Shown here one piece after another: positions 1 to 10,794 of a DNA stretch of 64,000 nt. A model generated the notes under the pieces. That model made no database searches and was not told the DNA's origin. It was given only the letters and a program-made list of their open reading frames with translations. Within the stretch, counting starts at the first letter, position 1, and each line of letters begins with the position of its first letter. The DNA is from the human T2T-CHM13v2.0 reference genome, Homo sapiens: assembly GCF_009914755.1 (NCBI RefSeq), contig NC_060948.1. One strand, 5' to 3'. Made by a program: the position numbers and the translations under genes.

Positions 1-1440
1 TGGAATTGAATCGAAAGGAAAGGAAGCGAATGGACTGAAATGAAATGGAATGGAATTGAATGGAAAGTAATGCAATGGAATAGAATGGAAGGAAATTTCA
101 CGGAATGGAATCAAACTGAATGGAATCAAATCAATGGAATCTAATCAAATGGAATGGAAAGGAATTGAATGGAGTAGATTGGATTGGATGGGATTGGAAT
201 GAAATGTACTGGAAAGGACTCGAATTTCATGAAACGGAATGGAATGAATTGGAACGGAATGGACTCGAATGGAATGGAATGTCATGGAATGGCATCAAAT
301 GGAATGGCATCAAATGGAATGGAATCGAATGCAATGGAATGCTATGGAATGGAATGGAATGCATTGGAATGGAATGTCCTCTAATGGAATGGATTCGAGT
401 GGAATGGAATCGAATATAATGGAGTCGAATGAAATGGAATTGAAAGGAATGGGATCGAATAGAATGGAATATACTGGAATGTAATGTAATGAACTCGAAT
501 GTAATTGACTGGAATGGAATGTACATGAATGGAATGTAATCGAATGGAAAGTAATCCAATGGAACAGAATCTAATGCAATAAAATCGACTCAGATAGAGT
601 AGAATGTAATGGAATGGAGTGCAGTGCAATGGAATGGAATGGAATGGAATGCAATTGAATGGAATGGAATGGAATGGAATGGAATGGAATGGAATGGAAT
701 GGGATGGAATGGTATGGAATGGATAGTAATGGACTGGAGTGAAATGGACTGGAAAGGAATGGACTCAAATTGAAAGGGCTCGAAAGGAATGGAGTCAAAT
801 GGAATGGTCTGGAATGGAATGAACACGAATGTAATGCAATCCAATAGAATGGAATCGAATGGCATGGAATATAAAGAAATGGAATCGAAGAGAATGGAAA
901 CAAATGGAATGGAAGTGAATGGAATGGAATTGAATGGAATGGGAACGAATGGAGTGAAATTGTATGCAGTAGAAGAGAATAGAATGGAATGCAAGCGAAA
1001 GGAAAGGAATGGATTGGAATGGAATGGAATTCATTGGAATGGAAGGGAATGTAGTGTAATGGACAGGCCTGGAATAAAGTGGAATGCTACGGTCTCGAAT
1101 GGAATAAAAATGTATGGAATGGAATGCAATGAAACGGAATCGAATGTCATAGAATGTAATGGAATGCAAAAAAATGGAATCCAAAATCATTGACTGGAAA
1201 GGCTGGGTGTCGAAAGGAATTGACTCCAATGGAATGGAATCGAATGGAATGGAAGTGAATAGAATCGAACTAAATCGAATGGAATGGAATTGATAGGAAC
1301 GGAATGGAAAAGAATGCAATGATTTGGCATGGAATGGAATCGAATGGCATCGAATGGAATGGAATGGAATGCAATGGAATGGAATGTATTAGAATGTAAT
1401 GAACTTTAATGGAATGTACTCGAATGGATTCGACTGGAAT

Positions 1441-1455
1441 GGAATGTTCTGGAAG
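1441..1455. promoter_or_regulatory. Canonical heat-shock element motif 1 (gGAAt-gTTCt-gGAAg), repeated in each unit
   Basis: Exact nGAAnnTTCnnGAAn match; intact in 17 of 18 units (broken in U3 at 8573). Motif match only; binding is not shown. Confidence 0.55.
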
Positions 1456-1720
1456 TGAATGGACTCCAATGGAATGGATTCAAAAGGAATGGAATCGTAC
1501 GGAATGGAAACTAATGGAATGGAATTAAATGGAAATGAATCAAATTGAATAGCACGGAATTGAATTGAATGGAATCGAATGCAATGGAATCTAATGAAAC
1601 GGAAAGGAAAGGAATGGAATGGAATGGAATGGGCTGGAATGGAACGGAATCGAAACGAATGGAATGGAATCGAACTGAAGAGACTGGAATGGAATGCACT
1701 GGAATGGAAGGGAGTGTAAT

Positions 1721-1735
1721 GGAAGGTTCTCGAAA
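1721..1735. promoter_or_regulatory. Canonical heat-shock element motif 2 (gGAAg-gTTCt-cGAAa), repeated in each unit
   Basis: Exact nGAAnnTTCnnGAAn match in all 18 units; the variant ggttcccgaa changes only an n position. Confidence 0.55.
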
Positions 1736-2746
1736 AAAATGGAATTGAATGGAATGGAATTGAATGGAACGGAATAGAGTCGAATGGAATTGAATGGAAT
1801 GGAATGGACTAGAGTGAAATGGAATCGAACCACAAGGAATGGACAGGAATAGAATGGTCTCGAATTGAATGGAATCGTATGGAATGGCATCAAACGGAAT
1901 GGAATGGACAGCCACGGAATGGAATGCACTCGAATGCAATGGAGTCGAAACTAAAGGACTGGAATAGAATGGACTCGACTGGTACGGACTCCAATGGAAT
2001 GGAATCGAATGGAAGGGAATCGATCGGAATGGACTCGAAGGGAAAAGACTGCAATGGAAAGGTCTCGAATGGAATGGAAATTAATGGAATGGAATGGAAT
2101 CGAATGAAATGGAGTCAAAAGGAATGGAATCGAATGGCAAGAAATCGAATGTAATGGAATCGCAAGGAATTGATGTGAACGGAACGGAAAGGAATGGAAT
2201 CCAAAGGAATGGAATAGAATGGAATGGAATCGAATGGAAAGGACTCGAATGGAAATCACTCGAATAGAATGCAATTTAATAAAATAGGATCAAATGTAAT
2301 GGAATGGAATGGAAAGGAATCGAATCGAAAGGAATGGAGACAGATGGAATGGAATGGAACAGAGAGCAATGGTATAGAATGGAATGGAATCATCTGGAAT
2401 GGAATTGAATGGAATGGAATAATATGAAATGGAATGGAATGGAATGGAATCGAATGCCCTTGAATTAAATGGACTGGAATGGAATGGACTCGAACAGAGT
2501 GGAATGGAAAGTGTTGAAATAGAATGGAATGGACTCCTTTGGAATGGTCTAGTATGCAATGCAATCGACTGGCAGGGAATCAAAAGGAATGTAATGGAAT
2601 GGGTTGGACTGGAATGCAATGGACTCGAATAGATTGGAAACGGAATACAAAGGAATGGAATGGAATAGTATGGAATGGAATGGAAAGGAATGGAGTGGAA
2701 TAGACTAGAGTGGAATGGAATGGACTGGAAAGCAATGGACTGGAAT

Positions 2747-2761
2747 GGAACTTTCTTGAAT
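2747..2761. promoter_or_regulatory. Canonical heat-shock element motif 3 (gGAAc-tTTCt-tGAAt), repeated in each unit
   Basis: Exact nGAAnnTTCnnGAAn match in all 18 units; the U2 variant ggaagtttctt changes only an n position. Confidence 0.55.
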
Positions 2762-3688
2762 GGACTGGAATCAAACGGAATGGAATGCACTGCAATCAAA
2801 TGGCATGGAATAAAATAGAATGAAAGAGAATCAAATGGAATTGAATCGAATGGAATCGAATGGATTGGAAAGGAATAGAATGGAATGGAATGGAATTGAC
2901 TCAAATGGAATGGACTAGAATGGAATGGATTCGAATGGAAGGCAAAGGAATGGAATCTATTGGAATGGACTGTAATGGAATGGAATGGAAGGGATTGGAA
3001 TGGACTCGAATGGAATGGACTGCAATAGAAAGGATTCGAATGGAATGAAAAAGAATTGAATGGAATAGAACAGAATGGAATCAAATCGAATGAAATGGAA
3101 TGGAATAGAAAGGAATGGAATGAAATGGAATGGAAAGGATTCGAATGGAATGCAATCGAATGGAATGGAATCGAACGGAATGGAATAAAATGGAAGAAAA
3201 CTGGCAAGAAATGGAATCGAAATGAATGGAGTGTTATGGAACGGACTCAAAAGGAATTGAATGTAATAGAATGGAGTGGAGTGGACTCGAATATAATGGA
3301 CTGGAATGGAATGAAATCACATGGAATGGGAACGAATGGAATGGAATGGAAAGGAATGGAATCGAATGGAAAGGAATCGAATGGAAGGGAATGAAATTGA
3401 ATCAACAGGAATGGAAGGGAATAGAATAGACGGTAATGGAATGGACTCGAATAGAATGGACACGAATGCTCAAATTGAATGGACTCGAATGGAATGGAAA
3501 CGAAAGGAATGTCATCGAATGGAATTGAATCGATTGGAATGAAATCGCATAGAATGGAGTGGAATCAAATGGAATTGAATCGAAAGGAAAGGAAGCGAAT
3601 GGACTGAAATGAAATGGAATGGAATTGAATGGAAAGTAATGCAATGGAATAGAATGGAACGAAATTTCACGGAATGGAATCAAACTGA

Positions 3689-6600
3689 ATGGAATCAAGT
3701 CAATGGAATCAAATCAAATGGAATGGAAAGGAATTGAATGGAGTAGATTGGATTGGATGGGATTGGAATGAAATGTACTGGAAAGGACTCGAATTTCATG
3801 AAACGGAATGGAATGAATTGGAACGGAATGGACTCGAATGGAATGGAATGTCATGGAATGGCATCAAATGGAATGGCATCAAATGGAATGGAATCGAATG
3901 CAATGGAATGCTATGGAATGGAATGGAATGCATTGGAATGGAATGTCCTCTAATGGAATGGATTCGAGTGGAATGGAATCGAATATAATGGAGTCGAATG
4001 AAATGGAATTGAAAGGAATGGGATCGAATAGAATGGAATATACTGGAATGTAATGTAATGAACTCGAATGTAATTGACTGGAATGGAATGTACATGAATG
4101 GAATGTAATCGAATGGAAAGTAATCCAATGGAATAGAATCTAATGCAATAAAATCGACTCAGATAGAGTAGAATGTAATGGAATGGAGTGCAGTGCAATG
4201 GAATGGAATGGAATGGAATGCAATGGAATGGAAGGCAATGGAATGGAATGGAATGGAATGGAATGGAATGGGATGGAATGGTATGGAATGGATAGTAATG
4301 GACTGGAGTGAAATGGACTGGAAAGGAATGGACTCAAATTGAAAGGGCTCGAAAGGAATGGAGTCAAATGGAATGGTCTGGAATGGAATGAACACGAATG
4401 TAATGCAATCCAATAGAATGGAATCGAATGGCATGGAATATAAATAAATGGAATCGAAGAGAATGGAAACAAATGGAATGGAATTGAATGGAATGGAATT
4501 GAATGGAATGGGAACGAATGGAGTGAAATTGTATGCAGTAGAAGAGAATAGAATGGAATGCAAGCGAAAGGAAAGGAATGGATTGGAATGGAATGGAATT
4601 CATTGGAATGGAAGGGAATGTAGTGTAATGGACAGGCCTGGAATAAAGTGGAATGCTACGGTCTCGAATGGAATAAAAATGTATGGAATGGAATGCAATG
4701 AAACGGAATCGAATGTCATAGAATGTAATGGAATGCAAAAAATGGAATCCAAAGTCATTGACTGGAAAGGCTGGGTGTCGAAAGGAATTGACTCCAATGG
4801 AATGGAATCGAATGGAATGGAAGTGAATAGAATCGAACTAAATCGAATGGAATGGAATTGATAGGAACGGAATGGAAAGGAATGCAATGATTTGGCATGG
4901 AATGGAATCGAATGGCATCGAATGGAATGGAATGGAATGCAATGGAATGGAATGTGTTAGAATGTAATGAACTTTAATGGAATGTACTCGAATGGATTCG
5001 ACTGGAATGGAATGTTCTGGAAGTGAATGGACTCCAATGGAATGGATTCAAAAGGAATGGAATCGTGCGGAATGGAATCTAATGGAATGGAATTAAATGG
5101 AAATGAATCAAATGGAATAGCACGGAATTGAATTGAATGGAATGGAATGCAATGGAATCTAATGAAACGGAAAGGAAAGGAATGGAATGGAATGGAATGG
5201 GCTGGAATGGAAAGGAATCGAAATGAATGGAATGGAATCGAACTGAAGAGACTGGAATGGAATGCACTGGAATGGAAGGAAGTGTAATGGAAGGTTCTCG
5301 AAAAAAATGGAATCGAATGGAATGGAATTGAATGGAACGGAATAGAGTCGAATGGAATTGAATGGAATGGAATGGACTAGAGTGAAATGGAATAGAACCA
5401 CAAGGAATGGACAGGAATAGAATGGTCTCGAATTGAATGGAATCGTATGGAATGGCATCAAACGGAATGGAATGGATAGCCACGGAATGGAATGCACTCG
5501 AATGCAATGGAGTCGAAACTAATGGACTGGAATAGAATGGACTCGACTGGTACGGACTCCAATGGAATGGAATCGAATGGAAGGGAATCGAATGGAATGG
5601 ACTCGAAGGGAAAAGACTGCAATGGAAAGGTCTCGAATGGAATGGAAATTAATGGAATGGAATGGAATCGAATGAAATGGAGTCAAAAGGAATGGAATCG
5701 AATGGCAAGAAATCGAATGTAATGGAATCGCAAGGAATTGATGTGAACGGAACGGAATGGAATGGAATCCAAAGGAATGGAATAGAATGGAATGGAATCG
5801 AATGGAAAGGACTCGAATGGAAATCACTCGAATAGAATGCAATTTAATAAAATAGGATCAAATGTAATGGAATGGAATGGAAAGGAATCGAAACGAAAGG
5901 AATGGAGACAGATGGAATGGAATGGAACAGAGAGCAATGGTATAGAATGGAATGGAATCATCTGGAATGGAATTGAATGGAATGGAATAATATGAAATGG
6001 AATGGAATGGAATGGAATGGAATGGAATGCCCTTGAATTAAATGGACTGGAATGGAGTGGCCTCGAACAGAGTGGAATGGAAAGTGTTGAGACAGAATGC
6101 AATGGACTCCTTCGGAATGGTGTAGTATGCAATGCAATCGACTGGCAGGGAATCAAAAGGAATGTAATCGAATGGATTGGACTGGAATGCAATGGACTCG
6201 AATAGATTGGAAACGGAATGCAAAGGAATGGAATGGAATAGTATGGAATGGAATGGAAAGGAATGGAGTGGAATAGACTAGAGTGGAATGGAATGGACTG
6301 GAAAGCAATGGACTGGAATGGAAGTTTCTTGAATGGACTGGAATCAAACGGAATGGAATGCAATGCAATCAAATGGCATGGAATAAAATAGAATGAAAGA
6401 GAATCAAATGGAATTGAATCGAATGGAATCGAATGGATTGGAAAGGAATAGAATGGAATGGAATGGAATTGACTCGAATGGAATGGACTAGAATGGAATG
6501 GATTCGAATGGAAGGCAAAGGAATGGAATCTATTGGAATGGACTGTAATGGAATGGAATGGAAGGGATTGGAATGGACTCGAATGGAATGGACTGCAATA

Positions 6601-7260
6601 GAAAGGATTCGAATGGAATGAAAAAGAATTGAATGGAATAGAACAGAATGGAATCAAATCGAATGAAATGGAATGGAATAGAAAGGAATGGAATGAAATG
6701 GAATGGAAAGGATTCGAATGGAATGCAATCGAATGGAATGGAATCGAACGGAATGGAATAAAATGGAAGAAAACTGGCAAGAAATGGAATCGAAATGAAT
6801 GGAGTGTTATGGAACGGACTCAAAAGGAATTGAATGTAATAGAATGGAGTGGAGTGGACTCGAATATAATGGACTGGAATGGAATGAAATCACATGGAAT
6901 GGGAACGAATGGAATGGAATGGAAAGGAATGGAATCGAATGGAAAGGAATCGAATGGAAGGGAATGAAATTGAATCAACAGGAATGGAAGGGAATAGAAT
7001 AGACGGTAATGGAATGGACTCGAATAGAATGGACACGAATGCTCAAATTGAATGGACTCCAATGCAATGGAAACGAAAGGAATGTCATCGAATGGAATTG
7101 AATCGATTGGAATGAAATCGCAAGAATGGAGTGGAATCAAATGAAATTGAATCGAAAGGAAAGGAAGCGAATGGACTGAAATGAAATGGAATGGAATTGA
7201 ATGGAAAGTAATGCAATGGAATAGAATGGAACGAAATTTCACGGAATGGAATCAAACTGA
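3689..7260 (+). repeat. Macro-unit U2 (3572 bp)
   Basis: Anchor spacing. Two 1-bp deletions (A7->A6 at 4737-4742; cgcatagaat->cgcaagaat at ~7122) and an extra GGCC at 6059-6062. Confidence 0.9.
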
Positions 7261-10200
7261 AAGGAATCAAATCAATGGAATCTAATCAAATGGAATGGAA
7301 AGGAATTGAATGGAGTAGATTGGATTGGATGGGATTGGAGTGAAATGTACTGGAAAGGACTCGAATTTCATGAAACGGAATGGAATGAATTGGAACGGAA
7401 TGGACTCGAATGGAATGGAATGTCATGGAATGGCATCAAATGGAATGGCATCAAATGGAATGGAATCGAATGCAATGGAATGCTATGGAATGGAATGGAA
7501 TGCATTGGAATGGAATGTCCTCTAATGGAATGGATTCGAGTGGAATGGAATCGAATATAATGGAGTCGAATGAAATGGAATTGAAAGGAATGGGATCGAA
7601 TACAATGGAATATACTGGAATGTAATGTAATGAACTCGAATGTAATTGACTGGAATGGAATGTACATGAATGGAATGTAATCGAATGGAAAGTAATCCAA
7701 TGGAATAGAATCTAATGCAATAAAATCGACTCAGATAGAGTAGAATGTAATGGAATGGAGTGCAGTGGAAAGGAATGGAATGGAATGGAATGCAATGGAA
7801 TGGAATGGAATGGAATGGAATGGGATGGAATGGTATGGAATGGATAGTAATGGACTGGAGTGAAATGGACTGGAAAGGAATGGACTCAAATTGAAAGGGC
7901 TCGAAAGGAATGGAGTCAAATGGAATGGTCTGGAATGGAATGAACACGAATGTAATGCAATCCAATAGAATGGAATCGAATGGCATGGAATATAAATAAA
8001 TGGAATCGAAGAGAATGGAAACAAATGGAATGGAATTGAATGGAATGGAATTGAATGGAATGGGAACGAATGGAGTGAAATTGTATGCAGTAGAAGAGAA
8101 TAGAATGGAATGCAAGCGAAAGGAAAGGAATGGATTGGAATGGAATGGAATTCATTGGAATGGAAGGGAATGTAGTGTAATGGACAGGCCTGGAATAAAG
8201 TGGAATGCTACGGTCTCGAATGGAATAAAAATATATGGAATGGAATGCAATGAAACGGAATCGAATGTCATAGAATGTAATGGAATGCAAAGAAATGGAA
8301 TCCAAAAACATTGACTGGAAAGGCTGGGTTTCGAAAGGAATTGACTCCAATGGAATGGAATCGAATGGAATGGAAGTGAATAGAATCGAACTAAATCGAA
8401 TGGAATGGAATTGATAGGAACGGAATGGAAAGGAATGCAATGATTTGGCATGGAATGGAATCGAATGGCATCGAATGGAATGGAATGGAATGCAATGGAA
8501 TGGAATGTATTAGAAAGCAATGAACTTTAATGGAATGTACTCGAATGGATTCGACTGGAATGGAATGTTCTGTAAGTGAATGGACTCCAATGGAATGGAT
8601 TCAAAAGGAATGGAATCGTACGGAATGGAATCTAATGGAATGGAATTAAATGGAAATGAATCAAATTGAATAGCACGGAATTGAATTGAATGGAATCGAA
8701 TGCAATGGAATCTAATGAAACGGAAAGGAAAGGAATGGAATGGAATGGAATGGGCTGGAATGGAAAGGAATCGAAACGAATGGAATGGAATCGAACTGAA
8801 GAGACTGGAATGGAATGCACTGGAATGGAAGGGAGTGTAATGGAAGGTTCTCGAAAAAAATGGAATCGAATGGAATGGAATTGAATGGAACGGAATAGAG
8901 TCGAATGGAATTGAATGGAATGGAATGGACTAGAGTGAAATGGAATCGAACCACAAGGAATGGACAGGAATAGAATGGTCTCGAATTGAATGGAATCGTA
9001 TGGAATGGCATCAAACGGAATGGAATGGACAGCCACGGAATGGAATGCACTCGAATGCAATGGAGTCGAAACTAATGGACTGGAATAGAATGGACTCGAC
9101 TGGTACGGACTCCAATGGAATGGAATTGAATGGAAGGGAATCGAACGGAATGGACTCGAGGGGAAAAGACTGCAATGGAAAGGTCTCGAATGGAATGGAA
9201 ATTAATGGAATGGAATGGAATCGAATGAAATGGAGTCAAAAGGAATGGAATCGAATGGCAAGAAATCGAATGTAATGGAATCGCAAGGAATTGATGTGAA
9301 TGGAGCGGAATGGAATGGAATCCAAAGGAATGGAATCGAATGGAAAGGACTCGAATGGAAATCACTCGAATAGAATGCAATTTAATAAAATAGGATCAAA
9401 TGTAATGGAATGGAATGGAAAGGAATCGAATCGAAAGGAATGGAGACAGATGGAATGGAATGGAACAGAGAGCAATGGTATAGAATGGAATGGAATCATC
9501 TGGAATGGAATTGAATGGAATGGAATAATATGAAATGGAATGGAATGGAATGGAATGGAATGCCCTTGAATTAAATGGACTGGAATGGAATGGACTCGAA
9601 CAGAGTGGAATGGAAAGTGTTGAAATAGAATGGAATGGACTCCTTTGGAATGGTCTAGTATGCAATGCAATCGACTGGCAGGGAATCAAAAGGAATGTAA
9701 TGGAATGGGTTGGACTGGAATGCAATGGACTCGAATAGATTGGAAACGGAATACAAAGGAATGGAATGGAATAGTATGGAATGGAATGGAAAGGAATGGA
9801 GTGGAATAGACTAGAGTGGAATGGAATGGACTGGAAAGCAATGGACTGGAATGGAACTTTCTTGAATGGACTGGAATCAAACGGAATGGAATGCAATGCA
9901 ATCAAATGGCATGGAATAAAATAGAATGAAAGAGAATCAAATGGAATTGAATCGAATGGAATCGAATGGATTGGAAAGGAATAGAATGGAATGGAATGGA
10001 ATTGACTCAAATGGAATGGACTAGAATGGAATGGATTCGAATGGAAGGCAAAGGAATGGAATCTATTGGAATGGACTGTAATGGAATGGAATGGAAGGGA
10101 TTGGAATGGACTCGAATGGAATGGACTGCAATAGAAAGGATTCGAATGGAATGAAAAAGAATTGAATGGAATAGAACAGAATGGAATCAAATCGAATGAA

Positions 10201-10794
10201 ATGGAATGGAATAGAAAGGAATGGAATGAAATGGAATGGAAAGGATTCGAATGGAATGCAATCGAATGGAATGGAATCGAACCGAATGGAATAAAATGGA
10301 AGAAAACTGGCAAGAAATGGAATCGAAATGAATGGAGTGTTATGGAACGGACTCAAAAGGAATTGAATGTAATAGAATGGAGTGGAGTGGACTCGAATAT
10401 AATGGACTGGAATGGAATGAAATCACATGGAATGGGAACGAATGGAATGGAATGGAAAGGAATGGAATCGAATGGAAAGGAATCGAATGGAAGGGAATGA
10501 AATTGAATCAACAGGAATGGAAGGGAATAGAATAGACGGTAATGGAATGGACTCGAATAGAATGGACACGAATGCTCAAATTGAATGGACTCGAATGGAA
10601 TGGAAACGAAAGGAATGTCATCGAATGGAATTGAATCGATTGGAATGAAATCGCATAGAATGGAGTGGAATCAAATGGAATTGAATCGAAAGGAAAGGAA
10701 GCGAATGGACTGAAATGAAATGGAATGGAATTGAATGGAAAGTAATGCAATGGAATAGAATGGAACGAAATTTCACGGAATGGAATCAAACTGA
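7261..10794 (+). repeat. Macro-unit U3 (3534 bp, shortest)
   Basis: Anchor spacing. Short pure GGAAT tract at ~7770-7820 and a 15-bp deletion at ~9335. Confidence 0.9.

Larger units (their letters stand above)
120..3688 (+). repeat. Macro-unit U1 (3569 bp)
   Basis: Anchor motif at 120 recurs at 3689. EcoRI 1027-1032, StuI/HaeIII 1065-1070. Confidence 0.92.

Noticed and set aside
137-147. GAATCTAATCA resembling the DUX4 site TAAYYYAATCA
   Set aside because: It mismatches at the first position, is present in only a few units, and is expected by chance in this composition.
221-235. cgaatttcatgaaac as a fourth heat-shock element
   Set aside because: The TTC is out of register by one base and does not match nGAAnnTTCnnGAAn.
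120-419. Plus-strand MEWNG-repeat ORFs (60-137 aa)
   Set aside because: Direct translation of (GGAAT)n, overlapping in all frames and disrupted freely between units. There is no coding signature.
578-3189. Six AATAAA hexamers per unit (578, 1073, 1103, 2278, 2809, 3184) as polyadenylation signals
   Set aside because: They arise trivially from AAT plus a GG->AA change in an A-rich strand. No convincing downstream GU/U-rich element or transcript evidence is available from the sequence.
2290-3207. 270-318 aa minus-strand ORF (MPVFFHFIPF...) recurring in each unit
   Set aside because: (ATTCC)n has no stop codon in any frame and translates to IPFHS repeats. The ORF begins at TTG, has no recognisable domain, and its end shifts with 5-bp tract changes.
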